Virus record (IMG/VR): IMGVR_UViG_3300033074_000984
Source: a virus
Taxonomy: Duplodnaviria; Caudoviricetes
DNA length: 64,000 bases
Reading direction: 5' to 3' (one strand)
The notes beneath the pieces are model-generated. The model had not been told where the DNA came from. It saw nothing but the letters and a program-made list of their open reading frames with translations, and searched no databases. Positions 11,001 through 19,737 of this stretch are shown here, piece after piece. Position numbers and translations under genes: made by a program. Within the stretch, counting starts at the first letter, position 1. Each line of letters begins with the position of its first letter.

Positions 11001-14000
11001 ATCGGCAAGCTCGACGACCGCATCTCAGTCGTAGAGTACTACACCTCTCTGAGCCTTCTCGAGCAGTCGACTAAGTCGCTACTGCTAGAGTCAGAGACGG
11101 GTGGTGACAGGTTCAAGAACGGCATCATCGCTGACCCGTTTAACGGTCACGACATCGGCAACGTGACCGACCCTGACTATAACATAGCTATGGACTCTGC
11201 GACGTCAGAGGCTCGCCCGATCGTCACGCAGAAGCTCGTACAGATGAAGTACGACTCCGCCACGCCAACTTCGAGCAGCATCTACGTCAGCGACAACGGG
11301 AAGCTCGTGATTCTCGGCTGCGAACGCGTCGAGAACCCGTACCTCTTCCAGATGTACGCCACGCAGCTGCGCAATCCCAGCCAGGACATCGCGTACCGCT
11401 GGGTCGGCACAGTCAACCTGACGCCAGAGGGCGACTACACCCCCGACGTCACGGTCAACCCAGACGTGACTGTCGGTCTCGACTTGTACTCCAACTTCAA
11501 GTACCTCTACGACCGTCTCAACCTCGCTGACGGCGGCATCGGCCAGGGAGCATGGGTGACGCAGTACGGCACGTGGAGAGAGACAGGCACCACGTCGACC
11601 ACCGACACAAGCACGACTCCCGGCAGCACCACGTACAGCCCGCAATACAGCGTTCACGTTGACAGCGTTGGATGGTACTACGTCGATCCAGCTACCGGTC
11701 AGAAGGTGTATGTCGCTGACATCTCCATGGGCCCGAACGCTGGCGGGCTCAACTTCGGTTGGAAGGAGACCGGTGACCAGACCGTTCAGTTCGTCACGAA
11801 GACGGCTGCTAGCACCACCACGACAGTCACCACGAGCGTTGACCAGACGCGAACTGGAATACAGTCAAACGTTCAAGAGAACACTACGACGTACAGTCTC
11901 GGCTCGTACGTAACAGACGTCGCGCTTCAGCCGTTCATCAAGGCCCAGGCGATCTACTTCGGAGCCGTCGGCTTGAAGCCGTCCACCCGCATGTGGATGT
12001 TCTTCGACGACGACGCGATCTCGCAGTACTGCGCACAGCTCACAAACGGCGTGCTCGGCCCGCTGGGCGGACCGTTCGTCACAGACGAGCTCGGGTCTAT
12101 CGAGGGCTGGTTCTTCCTTCCCTCGAGCACCTTCAGGACGGGAGAGCGCAAGTTCCGCATACTTGACATCTCGGACCTCGTCACAGAGACGACAATCTTG
12201 CGCTCGAGCGCAGAGGCCACCTTCTACGGCACGAACCTCTCGTACGCCAAGAACAACATCAACCTCGAGATCAAAGACGCGACGGTCTATCAGAAAGACA
12301 TCCAGGAGTCTCGAACTGTCGTCTCTAGCGTGAGCACGACGACCGGCGGCCAGGTGTCTACGGCCGTCGTGAACTGCAAGTGCTACGGATCGCCGTGCGC
12401 TCAGAGCTTCATAATGCCCGAGGAGAAGCTCGGAGAGAACGACATCTCTGGCGTCTACATCGCGGCCATGGACCTGTTCTTCTCGAAGAAGCACGAGACG
12501 CTAGGCCTCACGGTCATGATCCGTGAGATGGAGAACGGCTACCCGGCGCCTAGGATCCTCCCGTACGGCTCTAAGCACCTGACGTCCGACGACGTCCTGC
12601 TCTCTGACGACGCTACGCTGGCCACCACGGTGGTCTTCGAGGCGCCGGTGTTCCTCGAGAGCAAGAAGGAGTACTGCATAGTCGTCAAGGCCGACGGCTT
12701 CAATCCTGACTACGCCATGTGGACCGCTGCTCTCGGCGGTGATCCCGACGTCACTCTCAACGTGCCCGTCTATCACAACAGCTTCGTAGGAAACTTCTTT
12801 ACGAGCTCGACGGACACCGGCTGGACCGCGTACCAGCAAGAGGACCTGAAGATCGCGATCTATCGACTGACGTTCACCACCCTGGACGCAGTCGCAAGCT
12901 TCGTCAACGAGGACTGGGAGTTCTTGAAGCTTAACAGCCAGCTCGGCACGTTCATGGTTGGCGAGCAGGTGTACTTCGCTAACACCGCCGACTACTCAAA
13001 CGGCGTCTACGTCGAGTCTGGTAACACGACGATCGGCCTCTCAAGCAACGCCGGCTTCTCCGCCAACGACAAGATCTACGTGCTCTCCAACACGAACGTC
13101 TCAGCGTTCGTGGCCAACGTCGTGTCCGTCGGATCAAACACCATCACCGTCAACGCGACGCCTGACTTCTCAGACGCAGACTGCGAGATCGGTCACCTGA
13201 GAAACTCGGGACAGCTGTACGGCAGCCTCTATGAGTGGGTTCCGGTGACGGGCGAGATGACCGTGGCTAACTCGACCGCTACGGGCGCGAGCTACGTCAT
13301 AGCCAACACCCGTGTCATCGGCGCCATGTCTAACGCGAGCGCCAACGTCGCTCTCGTAGACGACCTGCCGTACAACGTGGTGATGCCCAAGCTCGCCACG
13401 AGCGTCCCTCACCAGACGGCGCTGACGTTCTCGTTCAAGGGCTCGTCAAACACCTACGTCTATGACACCGCTGAGACTGCGCTCGAGTTCGCTAACGACA
13501 GAGAGCTTCGAGACTACGAACGCCTAGTCCTGTCGCGCTCGAACGAGCTCGCGGGCTCTTACGGCAAGTCGCTAAGGCTGTACGCTCACTACTACTCGAA
13601 CTCTGAGAAGACGAGCCCGGCCATTGACATGAACAAGTGTGGAATGCACACTGTTCGTAACATAATCAACGCAGACGCAGCTAACAACTACATCCGCGAT
13701 TCTGAGAAGGGAAACGGCGGCTACGCCATCGACAGGTACATCTCTAGGGCGGTCGTCTTGGCTGACGGTCAAGACGCCGAGGACATCAAGATACTTGTCG
13801 CGGCTTACCAGCCGGCGAGCTCCAAGGTGCTCGTCTATGCTCGTATCCAGCACTACGCCGATCCAGACCTGTTCACCGAGAAGCCGTGGACGCTCCTGGA
13901 GACCGGCACCACTCTCGTGTCTAGTCGAGCTAACGCTCAGGACTTCATCGAGTACGAGTACGGCTTCCCGACAGTCGACCCAGGCGACGGCTCTGCGTGG

Positions 14001-14159
14001 TGCAACCCGAGCAACTACGGCATAGTGCAGTACGAGGGTGCAGACGGTCAGGTCTATGAGGGCTACAAGGTCTTCGCTGTAAAGATCGTGCTTCTCTCGA
14101 GCGACTCAGCCGTCGTGCCAAGGCTGCAAGACATGAGGGGCATGGCTCTTCAACAGTGA
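8067..14159 (+). CDS. Giant baseplate/tail structural protein (VrlC / DUF4815 type), 2030 aa
   Basis: SPYYDDY...RVL.RP..VQARELT..Q...Q.QIERFG, RT.EESGDY, YYLGR.D, RRYTM.DIGKL..RI..EYYTSLSLLE, RFKNG...D.F, AQSF and C-terminal VPRLQDMRGMAL; TTG start. Confidence 0.85.
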   Translation: MALEIDLSKSPYYDDYSPDKHFHRVLVRPAIPVQARELTTSQTIMQDQIERFGRHIFKDGSIVEKCELYYEPGLQYVKLGDTYANGYSLTVADLVGKQLRSDASGLRALVTDSAQGATTSSPDLNTVYIDYLNSGNDYVTKTFAEDEVLTVYTTSNVAIGQVSTANAAVSGNSAYVGYAYKMAVSGGTVFQKGFFIGVEPQSIVVTKYHNRPDKLSVGFHTVESIVTPEEDPSLLDNAAGSENYGAPGAHRLRLTPTLVVRDTSNTTNSNTEVFFALADFVEGAPSRAAGVDPAYAALGDELAKRTNEESGDYIIEPFNMRALPISGNNTHLKLELDPGLAYIKGYRVKTVGKLVSSIRKSDDIRQIEDQVVSATVGSYVYATEYAGLFDFPTIASVSLRSANAQVVTTALATGASVDSVSAPGSEIGTAKIIGAYHDSGSVGLPSTTYRMYLTDIVMAPNTSFSSVRSLYSVSGGAKGFADLVLESNNAILKDSSLTPLIYDLGTDHTRALISSANTINAQFDFRTASNVTFAVGGTATLSVPSHVGGTNKFPYGVGALDSTSENDFMVVVTSNAATANLAGRVSNTSANTVGWTIGQSSDFTSQYSVGEHVLFLNATASEVGRVTAVTSSSISLANNLTYAWSNSAHAKYYPVGYTIPFSSSSGRSITISSATSASLALGETFTGSFNSRIYYNVRRTNAVPAAKTLNTSVFVKINTDTHTNGTTGPWSLGLPDTFLLKHVYVGSGTYANTNPDRTSLFSVDPGQKDTYYGLSRLTKSPTYALPANASLLVEVMCFAPDTSQGVGYFSVDSFDIDDSGNSSSNSISTQYVPSYTSASSGKSYSFRDSVDFRQYAVATAAYAANASSATTNPNGNNSLSVTSSFFPVVDSTFESDVQYYLGRKDVVGLTPEGSVVVVEGTPSERPIEPHKISSGISLSYVTVPPYPSLTSTEARDNQSGVDTIQFTPIKNRRYTMSDIGKLDDRISVVEYYTSLSLLEQSTKSLLLESETGGDRFKNGIIADPFNGHDIGNVTDPDYNIAMDSATSEARPIVTQKLVQMKYDSATPTSSSIYVSDNGKLVILGCERVENPYLFQMYATQLRNPSQDIAYRWVGTVNLTPEGDYTPDVTVNPDVTVGLDLYSNFKYLYDRLNLADGGIGQGAWVTQYGTWRETGTTSTTDTSTTPGSTTYSPQYSVHVDSVGWYYVDPATGQKVYVADISMGPNAGGLNFGWKETGDQTVQFVTKTAASTTTTVTTSVDQTRTGIQSNVQENTTTYSLGSYVTDVALQPFIKAQAIYFGAVGLKPSTRMWMFFDDDAISQYCAQLTNGVLGPLGGPFVTDELGSIEGWFFLPSSTFRTGERKFRILDISDLVTETTILRSSAEATFYGTNLSYAKNNINLEIKDATVYQKDIQESRTVVSSVSTTTGGQVSTAVVNCKCYGSPCAQSFIMPEEKLGENDISGVYIAAMDLFFSKKHETLGLTVMIREMENGYPAPRILPYGSKHLTSDDVLLSDDATLATTVVFEAPVFLESKKEYCIVVKADGFNPDYAMWTAALGGDPDVTLNVPVYHNSFVGNFFTSSTDTGWTAYQQEDLKIAIYRLTFTTLDAVASFVNEDWEFLKLNSQLGTFMVGEQVYFANTADYSNGVYVESGNTTIGLSSNAGFSANDKIYVLSNTNVSAFVANVVSVGSNTITVNATPDFSDADCEIGHLRNSGQLYGSLYEWVPVTGEMTVANSTATGASYVIANTRVIGAMSNASANVALVDDLPYNVVMPKLATSVPHQTALTFSFKGSSNTYVYDTAETALEFANDRELRDYERLVLSRSNELAGSYGKSLRLYAHYYSNSEKTSPAIDMNKCGMHTVRNIINADAANNYIRDSEKGNGGYAIDRYISRAVVLADGQDAEDIKILVAAYQPASSKVLVYARIQHYADPDLFTEKPWTLLETGTTLVSSRANAQDFIEYEYGFPTVDPGDGSAWCNPSNYGIVQYEGADGQVYEGYKVFAVKIVLLSSDSAVVPRLQDMRGMALQQ

Positions 14160-14173
14160 CTAGCACGTTTTGC

Positions 14174-14208
14174 GCATATATAGTTCCACATGGAGGACTA
14201 ACATATGC
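14174..14208 (+). promoter_or_regulatory. Late-promoter variant (CATATATA) overlapping an RBS/start-sequestering hairpin
   Basis: CATATATA 14175-14182; GCATAT pairs with ATATGC (covers the ATG); TAGT..TCC pairs with GGA..ACTA around GGAGG. Confidence 0.6.
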
Positions 14209-14960
14209 AAACCAAGTACGGCTTCGTCTACGTCTGGAGAGACAGAAAGCACAAGAGGTACTACGTAGGGTCCCACTGGGGACGGGAGGATGACGGCTAC
14301 GTCTGTAGCTCTCGATGGATGCTAGCCGCAATCAATCGACGTCCGAACGACTTTAAGCGACGCGTGATCAAGCGAGGATTCATCGACAGAGCCGCTCTAT
14401 ATGCAGAAGAGCGTAGATGGCTCTCCATGATCAAGCCTGAAGAGATAAAGCAGGGCTCAAAGAGCCGTTACTATAACCTCAACATAAAGGGCGCTGGTCA
14501 CTGGGTCGCGTTTCCAGACACCAGGAGCATTCGCGAGAAGATCAGCGCTGCTAACAAGGCCTCTCACAAAGGGATGACTCCCTTCTGGGCAATAGAAGCT
14601 AATCGTGGTAGAAAGCACTCCCAGGAGCGCAAAGATCGACAGATCGCTGCCTGGAAAAGCAACCCCGCAAACGTGGAGAGGGCGAGAGCGACTGGTCAAG
14701 CGCGACGCGGATCAAAGGCGTCTCCAGAGAGCATAGAAAAGATGCTAGAAACGAGAAGACGCAACGGCACGCGTAGCGTGATCACTGAAAAAACTAGGGA
14801 GATGTCTAGGACCGTAGAGGCTCTAGCAAAGAGGTCCCTGTCAATGGCTGGAAAGAACACTGGTAAGCGACCAGTCGCAACGTGTCCGCACTGCGGTAAG
14901 ATCGGTGGAGACAACGCCATGCGGCGCTATCACTTCAACAACTGTAGAGAGGCAGCATGA
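14205..14960 (+). CDS. Seg-like GIY-YIG homing endonuclease, copy 1
   Basis: GFVY..YYVG motif, conserved Glu (EERRW) and YYNL; NUMOD3-like basic repeats; C-terminal CPHC..HFNNC. Confidence 0.85.
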   Translation: MQTKYGFVYVWRDRKHKRYYVGSHWGREDDGYVCSSRWMLAAINRRPNDFKRRVIKRGFIDRAALYAEERRWLSMIKPEEIKQGSKSRYYNLNIKGAGHWVAFPDTRSIREKISAANKASHKGMTPFWAIEANRGRKHSQERKDRQIAAWKSNPANVERARATGQARRGSKASPESIEKMLETRRRNGTRSVITEKTREMSRTVEALAKRSLSMAGKNTGKRPVATCPHCGKIGGDNAMRRYHFNNCREAA

Positions 14961-15178
14961 ACCTGGTAAAGGTGAGGGACCACCCCGGCCTCGCGCGCGA
15001 CATGAACAGCAAGGCGGTTCTCTCCACTGACGAGAGAGCGCTGCGACAGTACAGGGCTCGTAGGAAGCGAGCCCGCGAGCTCGCCTCAGAGCAGAGAGAG
15101 ACTGCGAAGACTATCGAAGACCTTCGTGCGCAGGTAGAAGAGCTGCGTTCAGCGATGTCTGCCATCCTCGGAAAGTAG
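14957..15178 (+). CDS. Small conserved coiled-coil protein
   Basis: LVKV..HP.L.RD..SKAVLSTD pattern of the small gene that follows VrlC-like genes in T4-like phages; ATGA overlap. Confidence 0.7.
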   Translation: MNLVKVRDHPGLARDMNSKAVLSTDERALRQYRARRKRARELASEQRETAKTIEDLRAQVEELRSAMSAILGK

Positions 15179-15179
15179 A

Positions 15180-16532
15180 ATGAAGTTTAAGGTGCTAGCA
15201 GTTAAACACGTGCTCGGCAGCCCGAAGCTCGCAGAGTTCACGTACGACAACGACACGTCAGAGCTTCGCGATCGAAACGGCGTGCTCATCGTAGACGACG
15301 CAGCGCGAGCGAAGATCGGATGCGCGTCCTGGGGAGTCGCCGAGGCTACGAGCGAGCAGAGCCCGCTCGGAAAGCTGACGAGAGTGAGAGACCTCAAGAT
15401 CCAGCTCGGGCTCCAGTGCAACTACTCTTGCACGTATTGTAGTCAACGGTTCGTCGAGCGAGCTGAGACCGGCGGCCCGTCTCAGGCAGAGGTCTTCATG
15501 AACAACCTCGACACCTGGCTAGACGGCTCGCCCGAGAAGATAGAGCTCTGGGGCGGCGAGCCGTTCGTCTACTGGAAGACGCTGAGGCCTCTAGGAGAGG
15601 CTCTTCGTGAACGTTTTCCAGACGCACAGATCATGGTGATCACGAACGGCTCTCTCCTCAACGAAGAGATCAATGACTGGATAGAGCGGCTCGGCGTCTG
15701 CGTCGGCGTGAGTCACGACGGCCCAGGACAGCACGTGCGAGGCCCAGACCCGCTCGAGGACCCAGAGAAGAGGCGCTGGGTGATCGACCTGTGGAGACGT
15801 CTGTCTCCCGTCGGTAAGATCTCGTTCAACCCGATGACTAACCGGCTGAACATGGACCGCGGCAAGATCCAGGAGTTCTTTCGCGAGCTCCTCGGCACCG
15901 ACGAGTTCTTGCTCGGAGAGGGAGACTTCATAGACGCATACGACGAGGGCGGCTCGGCGTGCTCTATGCAGAGCCGCGAGGAGCACCTCGGCTTTCGACG
16001 ACTCACCCTCGCGCAGACGAGAGCTGGCCAGAACGACCGACTCGAGATCGTCAATCGCAGGGTCGCTGAGTGGGTCAACTCTATATCCACTCAGCGACCG
16101 TCGTCCTCTCTCTGGCAGAAGTGCGGCATGGATCGACTTGACACGCTGGCCGTAGACCTCAAGGGGAACGTGATCACGTGCCAGAACGTGTCAGCCGCAG
16201 CGGTGGCCCCGAACGGCCGAGGGCACAAGATAGGCCACGTGTCTAGGATGGATCGCGTGGCTCTGAGAACGTCTACTCACTGGAGCGAGCGACCAGGCTG
16301 CCCCACGTGCCCGATGCTGCAGCTCTGCAAGGGCAGCTGCATGTTCCTTGAAGACGAGCTGTTCAAGAGGTCGTGCGACTCCTCTTACTCAGACCACGTG
16401 CCGTTCTTCGCGGTAGCGATCGAGCGGCTGACAGGCTACCTTCCGTTCAGGATAGAGCCGCTCGAGGGCAGTCTTCCAGAAGATCGAGCTGACCTTTGGG
16501 GAAGGCCTGACGAGGAGGGGGTAGTGCCGTGA
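15180..16532 (+). CDS. Radical SAM protein with SPASM domain
   Basis: CNYSCTYC (CxxxCxxC), WGGEP, ITNG, SHDG; C-terminal CGMD, CQNV and CPTCPMLQLCKGSC..C (Cx2Cx5Cx3C). Confidence 0.92.
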   Translation: MKFKVLAVKHVLGSPKLAEFTYDNDTSELRDRNGVLIVDDAARAKIGCASWGVAEATSEQSPLGKLTRVRDLKIQLGLQCNYSCTYCSQRFVERAETGGPSQAEVFMNNLDTWLDGSPEKIELWGGEPFVYWKTLRPLGEALRERFPDAQIMVITNGSLLNEEINDWIERLGVCVGVSHDGPGQHVRGPDPLEDPEKRRWVIDLWRRLSPVGKISFNPMTNRLNMDRGKIQEFFRELLGTDEFLLGEGDFIDAYDEGGSACSMQSREEHLGFRRLTLAQTRAGQNDRLEIVNRRVAEWVNSISTQRPSSSLWQKCGMDRLDTLAVDLKGNVITCQNVSAAAVAPNGRGHKIGHVSRMDRVALRTSTHWSERPGCPTCPMLQLCKGSCMFLEDELFKRSCDSSYSDHVPFFAVAIERLTGYLPFRIEPLEGSLPEDRADLWGRPDEEGVVP

Positions 16533-17311
16533 GCTTCTCAGTGTCAGTGCGTGGAAAAACACTTAAAGACCCGATCAAGCTGTTCCTTACGGACTCGTAT
16601 CCCGAGACGCCCATCTCTGACATCGACAGCGTCTTCGGGTTCCTCATAGAGAGCACGCCGCTCTATGGAGGCAGGAACTACTACGTCAACCCGTGGGTGA
16701 CTAGGAAGCGTGTCCCTGAGCTCTCTGCGAGAGACGTAGAGGCTCTTAAAGAGCTGAAGATCGGGTTACGAGTGCCTCTGACGAGTCTGTTCGTGACCGA
16801 GAAAGAGTACGAGAACAGCGCCCCGTTCTTTGAGAGGCTCAAGACCGTCTACTCGCCCACAGCGCTCGTCGCGCGCGACGAGCTCGCTAGGGCTATACGG
16901 CGCGACTATCCGTGGCTCAAGATCGAGGCGAGCGTGATACGCGACCTCCGAACAGTCAGCTCCATAGAGCGAGCACTCGAGACGTACGACTCCGTAGTTC
17001 CAGCGTTCGAGGCTCACGAGGACCTCGACCTACTTGACAAGCTACCGAGAGACAAGACGCGACTGTTCGCCAACGTCTCGTGCGAGAGAGCCTGTCCCGC
17101 TCGCATATGCTACGCGTACTTCTCAAGAGTTAACAAGAACCCACGCGACGGAGTCGACCTGGGACCGCCATGCTCACAGAGCATCGAGAGGCTCTCTAAA
17201 GCCACCACGCCCACCGGCGGCATGACGCGATACCCGATAGAGAGATACAAAGAGATGGGCTTCGACAAGTTCAAGCTCCTAAGAGAGCGCGTACCCGGAC
17301 AAGCTGCGTGA
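16529..17311 (+). CDS. U32-family (peptidase U32-like) Fe-S protein
   Basis: IDSVFG..YGGR, IRRDYP.LKIEAS, FANVSCERACPARICY..S..N...C and GFDKFKL pattern; four Cys; GTGA coupling to the rSAM gene. Confidence 0.65.
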   Translation: MSFSVSVRGKTLKDPIKLFLTDSYPETPISDIDSVFGFLIESTPLYGGRNYYVNPWVTRKRVPELSARDVEALKELKIGLRVPLTSLFVTEKEYENSAPFFERLKTVYSPTALVARDELARAIRRDYPWLKIEASVIRDLRTVSSIERALETYDSVVPAFEAHEDLDLLDKLPRDKTRLFANVSCERACPARICYAYFSRVNKNPRDGVDLGPPCSQSIERLSKATTPTGGMTRYPIERYKEMGFDKFKLLRERVPGQAA

Positions 17312-17317
17312 TAAATA
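17310..17317 (+). promoter_or_regulatory. T4-type late promoter (GATAAATA)
   Basis: NATAAATA box 9 nt before the ATG at 17327. Confidence 0.6.
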
Positions 17318-17326
17318 GGCTCGACC

Positions 17327-18103
17327 ATGACGATACAGATATCCAGACTAGCTAATAACCAGACGTTCGGCACACTCACCGAGCGACTAAACCTGCTGTT
17401 GGGCATGCTCTCGAGCAACGTCGTCACGCTCGACCAGGGAGCCTCTGGGGCGGTCAACACCGGTAACGGTCAGGTCAACGGCTACTTTTACTCTACAGTT
17501 CTGAGTGCTGGCACCCTTCGTGGCGGCACCGTCGCGTCACCAAACACCCTTCCCATATCTTCGAACGCGGTGTTCCAGTCATACCTCGGCGCGAACGTGG
17601 CTCAGTTCCTCTCGAACTCTACAGCCACGTGGGTGAACTGCACCCCAACGTCGTTCTACATCAACCCAGCAAGCGTCTTCTCTCTATCCAACGGAGCTTT
17701 CAGGGCGTACGGCAACGGCGAGGTCACCGTCTCTGGCGTCAGCGTCGGCAACAGCAGCGTCAACGTAAGCGTTAACAGCACTTCATTCAGCGGCACTGCC
17801 GCGTACGCGAACAACTCCACATACGCGTACGGCAAGGGAGAGGCCGCTCTAAACGTCAACTCTGCCGCGTACGCGAACAACTCCACATACGCGTACGGCA
17901 AGGGAGAGGCCGCTCTTAACGTCAACAGCGCCGTAACAGCCACCACGGCCAACAACTCCACCTACGCGTACGGCAAGGGAGAGGCCGCTCTAAACGTCAA
18001 CAGCGCCGCGAGCGCTACGAACTCTACAAACGCTAACAACGCGTCATATCTCGGAGGGAGCGCCGTCGGCGACCTGATCGCGATATCGGTAGCCATGGGC
18101 TAG
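17327..18103 (+). CDS. Short tail-fibre-like virion protein with 22-aa repeats
   Basis: Asn/Ser/Ala-rich; three ANNSTYAYGKGEAALNVNS repeats; C-terminal IAISVAMG motif typical of phage fibre ends. Confidence 0.7.
   Translation: MTIQISRLANNQTFGTLTERLNLLLGMLSSNVVTLDQGASGAVNTGNGQVNGYFYSTVLSAGTLRGGTVASPNTLPISSNAVFQSYLGANVAQFLSNSTATWVNCTPTSFYINPASVFSLSNGAFRAYGNGEVTVSGVSVGNSSVNVSVNSTSFSGTAAYANNSTYAYGKGEAALNVNSAAYANNSTYAYGKGEAALNVNSAVTATTANNSTYAYGKGEAALNVNSAASATNSTNANNASYLGGSAVGDLIAISVAMG
17798..18007 (+). repeat. In-frame 66-bp tandem coding repeat (about 3 copies)
   Basis: gccgcgtacgcgaacaactccacatacgcgtacggcaagggagaggccgctct at 17798 and 17864; third copy near 17951. Confidence 0.9.
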
Positions 18104-18114
18104 GAGAAAGATAA

Positions 18115-18435
18115 ATGGCCTCAAACTTCAACGTAACCGGCTCTGTGAGCATCGGCACCAGCGCCGTCCAGGTCGGCTCCTACACCCCCGGTGCTGGCGT
18201 CAAGACCGTCGTCCTCAGCTTGATTCTGAGCAACAAGCTCACGAGCGACATAACTGTCAGCGCCTGGCACTACAACGCTACGGCTAACACGACCCTGATA
18301 ACCAACGCACCAGTAGCGGCCGGAGAGTCGCTAGCTCTACAGAAGATCGTCATGGCGGCTAACAACAAGCTGTGGGTGTCGTCTAACACAGCGTCAAGCG
18401 TTGACGCGACGCTGAGCTACCTAGAGATCACCTGA
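18115..18435 (+). CDS. Small beta-sandwich virion protein (fibre-associated)
   Basis: MASNF...YT.......TVVLSLILSN...KIVM.ANNKL.V.S...SVDATLSYLEIT pattern that commonly follows AIAMAIALG-type fibres; GGAG RBS. Confidence 0.65.
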   Translation: MASNFNVTGSVSIGTSAVQVGSYTPGAGVKTVVLSLILSNKLTSDITVSAWHYNATANTTLITNAPVAAGESLALQKIVMAANNKLWVSSNTASSVDATLSYLEIT

Positions 18436-18438
18436 TCT

Positions 18439-19737
18439 ATGCAGATACTGGAGAGCATACGATCTCTGTCCCACTCTTCTGGGACAGCGTCTGTTACCGG
18501 CGCAGTGAGGGCGACGCGCAACCCCACGGGAACGGTCGATCGGCTGCGTCTGCCTTGCAACGGCGCCAACTACTCCCAGTCACAGTACAGCGGTCTCTAT
18601 CAGAAGATTGGTGGTGCGTACTCTAGGTCAACCAACGTCCACGTGAACGGCAAGCCGTGGAAGAATCGCTTTTTAGACATGAATGCTGGAACGAGCACGC
18701 TAGGCAGCTGGACAACAGGCACGAGCCTGCCAGGCGCGTTGAATTACTCTCAGGCTATAGTCACAAAGAGTCGCGTATATCTTCTTGGAGGATATAACGG
18801 CTCTAGCTACATAGCAACCGTCTACACCGCTCCGATCAACTCGGACGGCACGCTTGGCAGCTGGACGACTGGCACCAGCTTGCCAGATAGTATAGGTCGA
18901 TCTCAACCGATCATGACTAAAGATCGTGTATATCTTCTTGGAGGATGGAACAGCTCTATAGTCTCCACGGTCTACACAGCCCCTATAAACTCTGACGGCA
19001 CTCTAGGGACCTGGACGACTGGCACGAGTCTTCCAGCCGGGTGGACCAGCTCTCAAGCTATAGTCACAAATAGTCGCGTATATCTTCTTGGAGGATATAA
19101 CGGCTCTAGCTACACAGCAACCGTCTACACGGCTCCGATCAACTCTGACGGCACTCTGGGCACCTGGACGACTGGCACGAGCGTACCAGATAGTATAGGT
19201 CGATCTCAATCGATCATGACCAAAGATCGCGTCTACCTTCTCGGAGGATATAACGGCTCTCCAGTCTCCACGGTCTATACGGCTCCGATCAACTCAGACG
19301 GTACTCTAGGCACCTGGACGACAGGAACGAGTCTTCCAGGAGCGCTGTGCAACTCCCAAGCTATAGTCACAAATAGTCGCGTATATCTTCTAGGAGGCGA
19401 AAACGGCTCTCCAGTCTCCACGGTCTATACGGCTCCGATCAACTCAGACGGCACTCTGGGCACCTGGACGACTGGTACGAGTCTTCCAGGAGGACTAACT
19501 AGCACTCAAGTCATAGTAACTAACGGCCATGTTTATCTGCTCGGTGGAAATAACGGCTCTGTAACGTCTACTGTCTACACAGCTACTATCTCTAACTTGG
19601 GAGCTAATGACTATCTCACTGGAACCACACTCGAGTGCTACCTGCCAGCCACCGGCGGCTCTGAGTTCGCCGTGCCGCGTTATCCGTACGAGTACACGCT
19701 AGACGGCGGCAGGATGCCGGTCTATATAGACGAGTAG
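18439..19737 (+). CDS. Tail-collar protein with inserted six-blade Kelch propeller, paralog 1
   Basis: Collar half-motifs LPCNGANYSQSQYSGLYQKIG and EFAVPR flank six WTTGTSLP..SQ...RVYLLGG..VYTAPINSDG repeats. Confidence 0.8.
   Translation: MQILESIRSLSHSSGTASVTGAVRATRNPTGTVDRLRLPCNGANYSQSQYSGLYQKIGGAYSRSTNVHVNGKPWKNRFLDMNAGTSTLGSWTTGTSLPGALNYSQAIVTKSRVYLLGGYNGSSYIATVYTAPINSDGTLGSWTTGTSLPDSIGRSQPIMTKDRVYLLGGWNSSIVSTVYTAPINSDGTLGTWTTGTSLPAGWTSSQAIVTNSRVYLLGGYNGSSYTATVYTAPINSDGTLGTWTTGTSVPDSIGRSQSIMTKDRVYLLGGYNGSPVSTVYTAPINSDGTLGTWTTGTSLPGALCNSQAIVTNSRVYLLGGENGSPVSTVYTAPINSDGTLGTWTTGTSLPGGLTSTQVIVTNGHVYLLGGNNGSVTSTVYTATISNLGANDYLTGTTLECYLPATGGSEFAVPRYPYEYTLDGGRMPVYIDE

Noticed and set aside
14957-15178. 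RiPP precursor peptide for the rSAM enzyme
   Set aside because: No Cys or leader/core pattern; it resembles the small coiled-coil gene that routinely follows VrlC-like genes
17798-18007. CRISPR-like array
   Set aside because: The repeats are 66 bp, in frame, essentially without unique spacers, and encode a peptide repeat
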